Source of the DNA: an uncultured Nitrospiraceae bacterium
GTDB taxonomy: Bacteria; Nitrospirota; Nitrospiria; Nitrospirales; Nitrospiraceae
Assembly (NCBI GenBank): GCA_963846575.1
Contig: CAWJWJ010000002.1
Location: 1,120,001 to 1,184,000, forward strand
Direction: 5' to 3'
Length of the DNA stretch: 64,000 bases
Position numbers and translations under genes: made by a program
Notes under the pieces: model-generated
Seen by the model: only the letters and a program-made list of their open reading frames with translations
Databases searched by the model: none
Told to the model about the DNA's origin: nothing
Shown: positions 28,973 to 38,567 of the stretch, one piece after another
How positions within the stretch are numbered: the first letter of the stretch is position 1
Layout of the letters: each line of letters opens with the position of its first letter

Positions 28973-31159
28973 CTATTTCATGCGGTTCCAGTGGCGATGC
29001 TTACTAATGGCCTCAATAAAGGTATCCCCCCAATCGGAACCTTTTTTCTCGGAAATCACCCCCGGCGCAGACGTGATGCCCACCGCCTTGAACAATTCAG
29101 TCCCTTCCTGTTCAGCGGCCAGGGCCTTGCCGTGGTTGTAGGCTTCGCGAACAAAATGGCGGGCCTCATAGTCGCCCAACAGGCGTTTCACGCTTTCTTT
29201 CCCCCCCGCGATGTACACCGCATCGTACAGGATTGAATCAGCGGTCGCTAGCGACTTGTCGATCTTGAGGCTGTCGCCTGAGGCACTCTGCAACACCCCT
29301 AAATGGGGCGCGATGAGTTCCGCGGTCGCGCCTTTCTGTTTCAGACGATCTTCCATGCGAAGGAGATCGGCGCTGTCCACTCCGTCGGCGGCGAGGATAG
29401 CGATCTTCCGGCTCTTGATGGATTGGCTGGGCCCCTCGACCTGGCTCAAGCCTTTGGCCTTGCCTGCCTTCGTGCTGTCCTGCCCCTCAGGAGCTTTGAT
29501 GCCCAGGTACGTGCCGACCAGCTTGGCCAATGGCCCGTCGATTTTGGCGAGGTGTGCGACCATCCGCTGCTGAACGTCCTTCTTGGTCACCTTGCCCAGT
29601 TCGAACTGCAACGCTTGGCGGATATGCTCTTGTTCCGGCAGGGTCATGCTGTTGTAGAACAACGATGCCTGGCTGTAATGGTCGCCGAAGCTGGAGCTCC
29701 GCTCGCGTATCTTGGTGCCCTCGACCCGCGAGGGATAATGGACATACCCGCCTTTCTCGGCGGGTGCTTCCTTGGGCGATCCCTCCAGAGAGTTCGGATG
29801 ATAATTGGCCTTCCCTGCTCGATTCGCAAAACGCATCATGCCGTCTTCCTGGAAGTTGTTCACCGGCGATTTCGGTTGGTTGATGGGCAGCTGAACAAAA
29901 TTCGGCGTGCCGAACCGATTCAGCTGAGTGTCCAGATAGGAAAACAGACGGCCCTGCAGGAGCGGATCGTCGGACACGTCGATTCCGGAGACCACATGGC
30001 CGGGATGGAAGGCCACCTCCTCGGTTTCGGTGAAGAAATTATCCGGGTTCCGATCCAGGGTCAGTTTGCCGACCCGCTGAAGCGGGATCAGGTCTTCGGG
30101 CCAGAGCTTCGTCGGATCCAGGATGTCGAAGGGAGCCTTGCCTGCGTCCTCCTCAGGGAGGAGCTGCAGCGCCAGTTCGTACTCTGCAAACGCGCCACTC
30201 TCGATGGCGTCCCACAGGTCTCGCCGGTGGAAATCAGGATCTTTCCCCGCAATGAGCTGCGCCTCGTCCCAGACCAGCGAATGCACCCCGAGTAACGGCT
30301 TCCAATGAAATTTGACGAAGGTGGATTTGCCTTGCGCGTTCACGAGCCGGAACGTATGCACGCCGAACCCGTCCATCATGCGGTAGCTGCGCGGGATCGC
30401 GCGATCGCTCATGATCCACATGACCATGTGCATGGATTCCGGCGTCAGGGAGATGAAGTCCCAGAAGGAGTTGTGGGCCGTCGAGCCGGTCGGGAATCCA
30501 TTATCAGGCTCGGACTGAAACGCATGGACCAGGTCGGGGAACTTGATGGCGTCCTGAATGAAAAAGACCGGGATGTTATTTCCTACGAGATCCCACACGC
30601 CGTCCTTGGTGTAGAACTTTGTGGCAAATCCTCTCGCGTCACGAATCGTATCGGCGGTCCCGCGGGAACCGTTCACGTTCGAAAAGCGGACGAAGACCGG
30701 TGTCTTCACGGACGGATCGGAAAATACGGCCGCCTTCGAATATTGAGTCAAGGGCTTGTAGACCTGAAAATATCCATGCGCGCCGGACCCGCGCGGGTGC
30801 ACCACACGTTCGGGCATGGGTTCATGGTCGAAGTGCATCATCTTCTCCCGGAACTGAAAGTCTTCCAGCAACGTGGGGCCTCGCACGCCGGCTTTCAATG
30901 AATTATCATCGTCGGCGATACGGGTGCCCTGGTTCGTCGTCAGCGAGGTGCCATCCGCCACGCTGGGTTCATTCGCGTCCCGCGGGGCAATCTTAGGATT
31001 GGTCTCGGAGTTCGAGTCAGCCCACAGGGACTGGGGAGCGGCCCACGGCCCGGTTGTGAAACTTAGAACGGCGCTCAGAACGATTATCGTTTTCAGGGGG
31101 TAACGGCGGGGGACGGGTCCAACCAGGCCGGACGGAGAAGGAGATACGTGGGTCGTCAT
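28973..31159 (-). CDS. katE: large-subunit catalase (HPII type) with C-terminal DJ-1-like domain and N-terminal signal peptide
   Basis: [35 protein letters not shown]. Confidence 0.93.
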   Translation of the reverse strand: MTTHVSPSPSGLVGPVPRRYPLKTIIVLSAVLSFTTGPWAAPQSLWADSNSETNPKIAPRDANEPSVADGTSLTTNQGTRIADDDNSLKAGVRGPTLLEDFQFREKMMHFDHEPMPERVVHPRGSGAHGYFQVYKPLTQYSKAAVFSDPSVKTPVFVRFSNVNGSRGTADTIRDARGFATKFYTKDGVWDLVGNNIPVFFIQDAIKFPDLVHAFQSEPDNGFPTGSTAHNSFWDFISLTPESMHMVMWIMSDRAIPRSYRMMDGFGVHTFRLVNAQGKSTFVKFHWKPLLGVHSLVWDEAQLIAGKDPDFHRRDLWDAIESGAFAEYELALQLLPEEDAGKAPFDILDPTKLWPEDLIPLQRVGKLTLDRNPDNFFTETEEVAFHPGHVVSGIDVSDDPLLQGRLFSYLDTQLNRFGTPNFVQLPINQPKSPVNNFQEDGMMRFANRAGKANYHPNSLEGSPKEAPAEKGGYVHYPSRVEGTKIRERSSSFGDHYSQASLFYNSMTLPEQEHIRQALQFELGKVTKKDVQQRMVAHLAKIDGPLAKLVGTYLGIKAPEGQDSTKAGKAKGLSQVEGPSQSIKSRKIAILAADGVDSADLLRMEDRLKQKGATAELIAPHLGVLQSASGDSLKIDKSLATADSILYDAVYIAGGKESVKRLLGDYEARHFVREAYNHGKALAAEQEGTELFKAVGITSAPGVISEKKGSDWGDTFIEAISKHRHWNRMK

Positions 31160-31427
31160 AGAAGCCTCTCTTTCGTGAATGAAGCTGATGGGCTGAGACA
31201 CAAGGACCTGCTTCTCAGGGCACGCGATGTGTTTCCCGGGCTTATTTGAGGTACAGGGGGCAATGTTCTGCTGCTCAACGGGATCTGTCGGCTCTCGTGC
31301 AAGTGAGCTCCGGGCATCCTCCTATGCAATGTTCGGGCTCGCGTGTGTCGGTGTCCCATGGCGGATGTTTCCCAGGTAGAACGAGAGCAGGCGGGCCGCA
31401 GGAGCCCGCGCGGCAGGATCTGGAAGT

Positions 31428-31457
31428 AGCGTTTTGTCCGTAACCGGACAACCTGTC
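31428..31457. promoter_or_regulatory. tandem GACA-N3-TGTC activator site (first copy a half site)
   Basis: AGCGTTTTGTC + GACAACCTGTC, 19-bp period. Confidence 0.6.
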
Positions 31458-31531
31458 CGCGGTCGCAGCGGGGATGGCAACGCCAGGGCGCAGTCTGGTT
31501 GAATAAGCAAGCCGTGCATCCTGCGTGCGGA

Positions 31532-31547
31532 TGGTGCATCATTTGCA
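31532..31547 (+). promoter_or_regulatory. sigma-54 promoter candidate for treZ
   Basis: TGGTGCATCATTTGCA. Confidence 0.65.
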
Positions 31548-31613
31548 TCACTCACGCCCCGCTTGCGGTGAGGGGGAGTACGGGGCCGTTCAAAGATTGG
31601 AAAGGAGCGCGGA

Positions 31614-33470
31614 ATGGGTTACATGCGACAGAGTTGTGGCGCGGTGCTCGCGGCTGATGGCGCGGTTGAATGGCGGCTGTGGGCCCCGAAAGCCAAACAG
31701 GTCGACCTCATCCTGATCGACGGGAGCCACCGGCACGTCGAATCGATGGTATCTGAACCTTGTGGACATTTTCTTTTTCGCCGGGAGAATGTGTCCGAGG
31801 GACAGCGCTACATGTTTTCGCTTGATGGGGGACCGGACAGAGCCGATCCGGCCTCCCGTTGGCAACCGGATGGAGTAGGCGGTCCCTCGGCATTGCTGCG
31901 CCCCGCGCGATTCGAATGGTCGGACAATCAGTGGCAGGGCGTTTCCCGCCAAGACCTCGTGTTTTACGAGGTGCATGTCGGGACCTTTACGGCAGAGGGC
32001 ACCTTCGAGGCCATCATTCCGAGACTGCCGGCTCTCCGGGAACTCGGCATCACTGCCGTGGAGTTAATGCCCGTGGGCCAGTTTCCCGGTTCGAGGAATT
32101 GGGGTTATGACGGGGTCTACCTGTATGCCCCTCAGCAGAGCTACGGGGGACCATCAGGATTGCAGCGACTCGTGGATGCCTGCCACCGCGAGGGCATGGC
32201 CTGTTTCCTTGACGTGGTCTATAACCACGTCGGTCCCGAGGGGAGTTACCTGTCGGAGTTCGGTCCATACTTCACCGACCACTATCGGACGCCCTGGGGT
32301 CATGCGGTCAATTACGACGGGCCGGGAAGTGAAGCCGTGCGGACCTTCGTCACAGACAACGTCCGCATGTGGATCCGGGACTACCACCTGGACGGCCTGA
32401 GGCTGGATGCGGTCCACGCAATCTATGACTTCGGCGCCCGGCACATTTTACAGGACATCAAGGAGGCGGCGGATCAGGCCGCGGAGGGACGCGGGTACGA
32501 GGCTCAGATCGTGGCGGAAAGCGATCTGAACGACGTGCGCCTCCTCCTACCGAAGGAGCGCGGCGGCTACGGTCTCGATGCGCAATGGAGTGACGATTTT
32601 CACCATACGGTCCACGCATTGTTGACCGGAGAGCGGCAGGGGTACTACGCGGACTATGGCGATCCGGAACAGCTCAGAAAGGTGCTCGACGACACCTTTG
32701 TTCTGGACGGCTGCTTCAGCCGGCATCGCGATCGCTGCCATGGGGCGCCGGTAGCCGGACTTCCGGGAGATCGATTCGCCGGATGCATTCAGAATCACGA
32801 TCAAATCGGCAACCGGGCCGTGGGTGAGCGGCTCGGGGTGCTCATTACCCCGCCGGCCCAACGGTTGGCCGCGACACTGCTGTTGCTGGCTCCGCATCTT
32901 CCTCTGCTCTTTATGGGGGAAGAGTATGGCGAAACCGCGCCGTTTCAGTTCTTCTGCTCCTTCGAAGGAGCGGAGTTGATTGAGGCGGTGCGCCAGGGCC
33001 GGAAGAGGGAATTCGAAGCCTTTCATGCGGAGGGTGTGGTGGCACCGGATCCCCAGTCGGAAGAGACCTTCGATCGCTCCCGTCTCAGCTGGCGCTGGCA
33101 GGACCAGCCGCACCGCGCCGGACTCAGACGGCTGTATGCAGAGTTGCTCGCGGCGAGACGGTCGTGCGCTCCGCTGCGAAACTTCTCCCAACGGGCGGCA
33201 ACGCTGCATCAAGGTCCTTCCGGTCCCGTCGTGCTGGAGCTGATTCGAGGGGGGACGAAGCCGGACGCCGACAAGACGGTCCAGGCTTTCTGCAATCTCA
33301 CGGCTGAACCGCAACGATTGCCGGCAGTGACTCCGCAGACGTTGCTGTTCAGCTCCGAGTCGACCCGTTTCGACGGGGGACGCACCTCGGCAGCGAGGCC
33401 GGAAGCGCTGCTTCCATTTGAGTGCCTGCTCTTCGGGTCGAGCGCTTCGAACTATCCGCGCGTGGAATAG
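31614..33470 (+). CDS. treZ: malto-oligosyltrehalose trehalohydrolase
   Basis: WGYDGV, DVVYNHVGPEG, GLRLDAVHAI, QNHDQIGNR, LFMGEEYG. Confidence 0.93.
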   Translation: MGYMRQSCGAVLAADGAVEWRLWAPKAKQVDLILIDGSHRHVESMVSEPCGHFLFRRENVSEGQRYMFSLDGGPDRADPASRWQPDGVGGPSALLRPARFEWSDNQWQGVSRQDLVFYEVHVGTFTAEGTFEAIIPRLPALRELGITAVELMPVGQFPGSRNWGYDGVYLYAPQQSYGGPSGLQRLVDACHREGMACFLDVVYNHVGPEGSYLSEFGPYFTDHYRTPWGHAVNYDGPGSEAVRTFVTDNVRMWIRDYHLDGLRLDAVHAIYDFGARHILQDIKEAADQAAEGRGYEAQIVAESDLNDVRLLLPKERGGYGLDAQWSDDFHHTVHALLTGERQGYYADYGDPEQLRKVLDDTFVLDGCFSRHRDRCHGAPVAGLPGDRFAGCIQNHDQIGNRAVGERLGVLITPPAQRLAATLLLLAPHLPLLFMGEEYGETAPFQFFCSFEGAELIEAVRQGRKREFEAFHAEGVVAPDPQSEETFDRSRLSWRWQDQPHRAGLRRLYAELLAARRSCAPLRNFSQRAATLHQGPSGPVVLELIRGGTKPDADKTVQAFCNLTAEPQRLPAVTPQTLLFSSESTRFDGGRTSAARPEALLPFECLLFGSSASNYPRVE

Positions 33471-33619
33471 GCGGAACAGGTGGTGAGAGAGAGGGCGATC
33501 CAGCCGGCTCTCTCAACGAGGGGAGAATCTCAGCGGGGGATCGTCGAGCTCCGGTGCAGACTGCCGGGGCGATGCGGCGAGGGCGGGGACGGGTGGGTCC
33601 CGGCACACCCCGCGTGCCA

Positions 33620-33985
33620 TCACCCGGCGGAGCAGCGGCGCACGATACGATTCCTGTGATCGACGTGTATGACGCTCCGTTCCTGCCGGCGGAGCATCCT
33701 GACGTCAATATGTTCAAAACCGGAAATGATCAACCGGTCTCCCCGGACGCCGTGACGGGGTGACGGCCCATTGAGAATGATCTCCCCCCGGCCGGGCCTT
33801 CCTTTCCTGGCATTCACAAGAAACTGTTCTCCGTTATTCAGATTGGAGCACAGGATCGTTTCATGAGGAAGGATGCCGGCGGCATCGAGAAGGCGTGCAT
33901 CGACCGTGATGCCGCCCGCCGGTTGGCGCGATGTCCCGGTCACCGTGATCGGATAGATCTGACTTCGCAAGAATCGTCGAAACAT
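33620..33985 (-). CDS. aspartate 1-decarboxylase (PanD)-like protein, predicted catalytically inactive
   Basis: Colinear with PanD (ITVDARLLDAAGILPHE, NNG, IILNG, GDRLII) but GG at the GS cleavage site; GAGG RBS. Confidence 0.8.
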   Translation of the reverse strand: MFRRFLRSQIYPITVTGTSRQPAGGITVDARLLDAAGILPHETILCSNLNNGEQFLVNARKGRPGRGEIILNGPSPRHGVRGDRLIISGFEHIDVRMLRRQERSVIHVDHRNRIVRRCSAG

Positions 33986-34094
33986 GATGGCCTCGGTGAC
34001 TCACGTGTCAGCCGCTCCCGCTCGTGGGTGACAGGTCCCGGCGTCATGGACGGGGGGCGGTGAGCGTCCTGCTAAAAATGAAAGAAAGTCGGAG

Positions 34095-34538
34095 TCAATG
34101 TTTGGGGACGAGAAGGGTCCCGGGCGCGGCTTGGACACATTCGTCTTGCAGAAATGAGGCCTGCTCATCGCGCCTCACTCGAAGCGTCTGCTCTTCCTCC
34201 GTCTTTCCGGCATCGCGTGAGGCGACGATCGCCGTATCCAGCAATCCTATTGCCTCACCGGCTTCACGACATTTGCGTTCCGCCGCGGCCCGGAGATAGG
34301 CGTCGAGAAGCTCATGCTGCCTGGCATGGGCCTCTTCGCGCGAGGATTTCATTCCGGCAGTGGCGTCCAGCTCCCTGGTTGCCTCCAGGAGTTCTTTGGG
34401 AATCGGTCCGCGCTCAAAGAGCTCTTGTAGGTCGTTGGCGCTGTGGGCGGCGGCGGAAAGCGGAGAGTGACACGAGACCGCGAGCACGAGGAGGGCACAG
34501 TACCGTAGCACCCGTCCTAGATGTCCTGCATTAGCCAT
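34095..34538 (-). CDS. hypothetical exported helical protein
   Basis: Signal-like leader, helical body; start uncertain. Confidence 0.55.
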   Translation of the reverse strand: MANAGHLGRVLRYCALLVLAVSCHSPLSAAAHSANDLQELFERGPIPKELLEATRELDATAGMKSSREEAHARQHELLDAYLRAAAERKCREAGEAIGLLDTAIVASRDAGKTEEEQTLRVRRDEQASFLQDECVQAAPGTLLVPKH

Positions 34539-34652
34539 GGAGACCGGGCCCTTGTCGTGCCGCGAAGGCACAGTGCGTTGCCGGAAGGTGATTCGCCCCG
34601 TCATTCGAACCGATAGGTTCATCGCGGCTGAACTCAAGGCCATCGTCGCATC

Positions 34653-34823
34653 TCACTTGGACCAAAGATATTGCAGGATGTCGCCGGCGTCCTTGCGGAG
34701 CCTGAATGATTCGGTTTTGTTGTGCTCGTTCATCCAGATGACGACGTACCCGGCCTCATCTGTGTCGATGCGCACGATTCGATTCACATTGATATAGCCC
34801 TTACCGTGCTGAATAAACTGCAT
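34653..34823 (-). CDS. 56-aa small protein missing from the ORF track
   Basis: GAGGA RBS; MQFIQHGKGYINVNRIVRIDTDEAGYVVIWMNEHNKTESFRLRKDAGDILQYLWSK. Confidence 0.65.
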   Translation of the reverse strand: MQFIQHGKGYINVNRIVRIDTDEAGYVVIWMNEHNKTESFRLRKDAGDILQYLWSK

Positions 34824-35012
34824 GGCCTGTTCCTCGGTCGTCGGTTGACTCCTATGCTGCGCGTCCGATGACGGGAAATCCGGTCACATCAATTCCCGTT
34901 CAATCCGATCCAGACGAGGCAGGCGTCCCCCGGCACGATCCTCACGACCGATGCCGGAGCTGTCACCGGGAGCCGCCCTTCCTCCATACACATCACGTCA
35001 GCCGGCTGCGTC

Positions 35013-35477
35013 TCATTTTCCTTTCGACTTGCTCATCAACGCTTCCTTGCGTTTCATGACCGTGGCCTCGAGCGCCTCCCAATCGATGTCGCTCTTCTCC
35101 GCCTTCGGCAGCATCTCGCCTTCTTCTTCTTCAACATGGTGTTTGACCAGTTCGCCCAATACTTTGAACTTCGCTTGAAACGTTTCGTCCTTCGGCTTGA
35201 GTTTCTTGAGCTCCTTGATCAGAACGTGCACGAGGTGATGCTCCTCGATCGCCTCGTTCATCAGGTCGTCCTCTTCGATTTCCTTTCTGATGGCGGGATA
35301 GATGAGTTTCTCCTCCAGTTCAGCATGGATTTCGAGTTCCATAATTGTCGTGGCCGCAATTTCTGCGCGATCCCGGCCCTCGGCCGACTCGAATTCTTCG
35401 AACAGTTCCTTTACCTTCGCGTGATCCTTTTTCAACATTGCGACAACTCCTGATGCGAATGCCGATTTCGTGGCCAT
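35013..35477 (-). CDS. hemerythrin-like domain protein
   Basis: AAGGAGG RBS; LKKDH, HAELEE, EEHH, HHVEEEE. Confidence 0.9.
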   Translation of the reverse strand: MATKSAFASGVVAMLKKDHAKVKELFEEFESAEGRDRAEIAATTIMELEIHAELEEKLIYPAIRKEIEEDDLMNEAIEEHHLVHVLIKELKKLKPKDETFQAKFKVLGELVKHHVEEEEGEMLPKAEKSDIDWEALEATVMKRKEALMSKSKGK

Positions 35478-35508
35478 ATCTGCCTCCTTATATGAATGAA
35501 GTAGTGAG

Positions 35509-35955
35509 TTAGAGAACCGGTGACCGCTTCGACCGTGACGGGTCGGACACATCCTGCACGACAGCTCCGGATGTCCTGGTATCCAGGGCCTCGACGACGA
35601 GGTCGCCCAACGACACGATCCCGACCAACCGCTTAGTGCGGGTGAGAATGGGAAGGCGACGGATCTGCTTTTCGGCCATGAGCTCCGCGGCGGTTTCCGC
35701 CTCCTCGTCCTCATAACAAAAGACCACTCCCGGCGTCATCGCGTCGCTGACCAGGGCCTGGACAGGATCACGGCCGATGGCCATGACCCGAAGGACCAGA
35801 TCTCTGTCAGTGATCATCCCGATGAGTGTTTCTCCATCGCACACCGGAATCGCGCCGACATCCAGGTCTTTCATTTTTCGCGCCGCATCAGCCGTGGTGG
35901 CTCTCGGAGAAATGATATCCACTGATGACGTCATGATGTCTTTCACCTTCGGCAT
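35509..35955 (-). CDS. CBS domain pair protein
   Basis: VKDIMT, VGAIPV, GMITDRD, IRRLP, VGIVSLGD. Confidence 0.92.
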   Translation of the reverse strand: MPKVKDIMTSSVDIISPRATTADAARKMKDLDVGAIPVCDGETLIGMITDRDLVLRVMAIGRDPVQALVSDAMTPGVVFCYEDEEAETAAELMAEKQIRRLPILTRTKRLVGIVSLGDLVVEALDTRTSGAVVQDVSDPSRSKRSPVL

Positions 35956-36110
35956 ACGAATCTCCTGGAGAGTGGATAGCATCCGAATTCTATCCGAGGT
36001 TAAGAAGAACGCGACTGGGCAAATCCCTGGAACGACCCTTCCTGCGTAAAAATTCTTTCTCGTGACCACACTGAAACGTGCCTGTGCATGAGCCGACAGT
36101 CACCGCCAGG

Positions 36111-36287
36111 TTACTGCCACGTCGTGCTGCGGTTTTCCGGATGGGCGTAAAGATGCGTACCCGCGAGGGGCTCGTCTGCCCCTGGGTCCGCGATGGACGC
36201 GCAATGAATGCATCGCCAGATAAACGTATCCGGAGAAAAGTCCGGCCGCCGTTCCACTAATAAATCCTGACAGCGCACGCAGCTCAT
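36111..36287 (-). CDS. small zinc-ribbon protein
   Basis: GGAG RBS; MSCVRC...WRCIHC...DP. Confidence 0.6.
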   Translation of the reverse strand: MSCVRCQDLLVERRPDFSPDTFIWRCIHCASIADPGADEPLAGTHLYAHPENRSTTWQ

Positions 36288-36494
36288 AAGATGACTCCAA
36301 TCGGTTGAAGGACCGGCGGGATGGTGCTGCATCGAGGTCAGACATGGTGTCTCCCGCGGCCGGCTCTGATCGTAACGGCCGGGAGCCCTCAACCCTACTA
36401 GGTCCAACCCTGGTCGCGTTGTCCTCTGTTGGGATGTCGCGCTCCGGCGGGAGGACCTGCGGGGAGGCAGCACCGTTCAGAGCACGAAGCGAAG

Positions 36495-36523
36495 GACAAC
36501 TTGTCGAGCGGAGACAGTTAGTC
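36495..36523. promoter_or_regulatory. tandem GACA-N3-TGTC activator site
   Basis: GACAACTTGTC + GACAGTTAGTC, 18-bp period. Confidence 0.65.
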
Positions 36524-36667
36524 CGGCCAACAAGTCCGTGGGGCTCTGGTGACTGGCGTGAGTCCTGTTCGGGCTAGGTGCCTCAGGTGTTGGAAACGCG
36601 GCTCTGGCAGCGGTTCTGCGTGCATCGGCTGCAGGGAGAAGCGTCTGCGGGCCGGTGAGGTACGGCA

Positions 36668-36683
36668 AGGCCTGCCATTTGCA
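36668..36683 (+). promoter_or_regulatory. sigma-54 promoter candidate
   Basis: AGGCCTGCCATTTGCA. Confidence 0.6.
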
Positions 36684-36761
36684 GAGGGAGGGGGCGCGTG
36701 GTCGACAGCGCAATATTTACCACACTCAATGGTTCACCTTTATCACATGGAGGATCGTGCA

Positions 36762-37667
36762 ATGTTTTCTAAACGGTTTTCTAAACGACGGGCGGTGCAA
36801 TGCGTAGTGGTCTCGGGACTGGTATTTGGATCGGCAGTCACCGGCTTTACGCAATCGGCGGTGCCGGCTCAGGAGCAGCCAGTGGAAGTGGGACCGCGCA
36901 CAGGCGATCGAACCACTCAGGACCGGGTGGTCACGCGGGAACGCACCGGCGATCGGACGGTCGTGGAGGAACGGGTCGTGGAGCGGAGGAGAGAAGGGGA
37001 GGTCTACGTAGGAGGTTTCGGCGGCTTCACCTGGGGCCACAACTTTTCAGATGTGGAGGGGAGAGGAACCCTTGCCGGACAGTCGTTCGGAGGCCGTGAC
37101 CTGGCGAATTCCGGGGTGTACGGCGCGAAGATCGGATATTTCCATCCGGGCCGTCTGAACTGGCTGGGACTCGAAGTGGAAGGATTCAATTCGACCCCTC
37201 ATATTGAACAGGGTGGCGGCCTGCCCGGCGCCCATCTTCGGGTGACCACGCTCGCCTTTAATGCCATCGCCCGCACCAAGGTGGGGTGCCGGAATCGCGA
37301 CGACGTCCGCCGCGGGGATGTCGTTCATCGGGACGGCACGGTGCATGACGCCGACCACGACCGGACCCATTGGTCGGCGCTTGATGACAATCTACGTTGC
37401 CCCCTTCAGCTGTATGCGGGAGCGGGCCCCGGCATCTTTTTCGCCGAAACATCGAATCAGTTCGGCCGCAGCACCGATAACGGACGCATCGGCTTGAATG
37501 CATTGGCCGGCGTGAAATATTTCATGACCCGTAATCTGTCTGTCTATGCCGAATACAAGTTTAACTATGCTCAATTTGACTTTACCCAGATTCAAGGCAC
37601 CACGGCAGGGTTGACCGGTGACTACATGGCAAGCCATGTGGTCGGCGGCTTGGCCATGCACTTCTAG
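36762..37667 (+). CDS. outer-membrane beta-barrel protein
   Basis: GGAGG RBS, signal peptide, GAKIGYF, YAEYKFNY, terminal Phe. Confidence 0.82.
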   Translation: MFSKRFSKRRAVQCVVVSGLVFGSAVTGFTQSAVPAQEQPVEVGPRTGDRTTQDRVVTRERTGDRTVVEERVVERRREGEVYVGGFGGFTWGHNFSDVEGRGTLAGQSFGGRDLANSGVYGAKIGYFHPGRLNWLGLEVEGFNSTPHIEQGGGLPGAHLRVTTLAFNAIARTKVGCRNRDDVRRGDVVHRDGTVHDADHDRTHWSALDDNLRCPLQLYAGAGPGIFFAETSNQFGRSTDNGRIGLNALAGVKYFMTRNLSVYAEYKFNYAQFDFTQIQGTTAGLTGDYMASHVVGGLAMHF

Positions 37668-37733
37668 TCGCCGGTGGCGCACCCTGTCGCCACTCGACGG
37701 AAGAGCGATCTGTTTTTTACAATGGGGATGGCA

Positions 37734-37768
37734 TGCCGGAGGGAACGGCCAGTGCGTTCCCTCCGGCA
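37734..37768. terminator. perfect 14-bp stem-loop after the beta-barrel gene
   Basis: tgccggagggaacg-N7-cgttccctccggca; no clear U tract. Confidence 0.45.
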
Positions 37769-37840
37769 ACGGGGAGATGATTGGAGTGAAGACCCGGTTC
37801 TCGTGACTGACCACAAGGCCCTTACCCACGGGAGGTGAGT

Positions 37841-38044
37841 ATGCGATTATTCTCATCCACACTGGCGATAATGGCGCTGCCGGTTCTGTTGAGCGTTTCC
37901 GCGGGCTGCGATCAGGGCTCCAAACCATCTGATCGGCCCGCCGCGCCGGGGGCGACGTCCTCCGAACGTGGCGAGACCCATCCCCAACAACCGACCGGAG
38001 AGCCTCAAAGCGGCGAAGTGACTCAGCCTGCCGGTACGCGCTGA
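37841..38044 (+). CDS. small lipoprotein with disordered tail
   Basis: GGAGG RBS, lipobox SAGC. Confidence 0.6.
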   Translation: MRLFSSTLAIMALPVLLSVSAGCDQGSKPSDRPAAPGATSSERGETHPQQPTGEPQSGEVTQPAGTR

Positions 38045-38134
38045 ACGGGAGTCCGAGAGGCAGGTTCAGGGAGGTTGACCAGGCCGTTGCGGACCTCCGG
38101 GGAAAAAGGGTGCTCTGTCGACTCGGCGGTCCGA

Positions 38135-38500
38135 TCAGCCGGAGGAGGCTTTGGGTTTCCGCGAAGGTGAGGCGGATGAGGCCGGCCCGGTTCTGCCGAA
38201 GAGGCGGCGCAACTCGTCTTTGGCGCGGTCCAACCGCTCCCGCTGGACGGCCGTGAGGTTTTTCCCCGCGCGGTTCATGTGAAAATTGAGCATGGACATG
38301 GCCGATTGAAACGCGGTGCCTTTTCTCCGGCGGCTCAGTTCGGCTGAGCGTTTGAGAGAGGCCGCAATCTTCTGAGCGCTTCGTTGGGTAAAGACGCCTT
38401 CTTCGAGGTCCAGGGCGTCACTGTTCTGCGTAACCGCGGCTGACCATTTTTTCGGTTTCTTGTTCTGTGTGCCGGCTGAGGACTTTGCCATCCGTGCCAT
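38135..38500 (-). CDS. DUF3175 family protein
   Basis: WSAAVTQNSDALDLEEGVF, SAMSMLNFHMNRAGKNL. Confidence 0.85.
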   Translation of the reverse strand: MARMAKSSAGTQNKKPKKWSAAVTQNSDALDLEEGVFTQRSAQKIAASLKRSAELSRRRKGTAFQSAMSMLNFHMNRAGKNLTAVQRERLDRAKDELRRLFGRTGPASSASPSRKPKASSG

Positions 38501-38567
38501 CGACAATCCTTCCTTTCGCCATCGCAGGGTGAACGTCCACTCGATTCCCTTGCGCCTGCCTGAGGGC

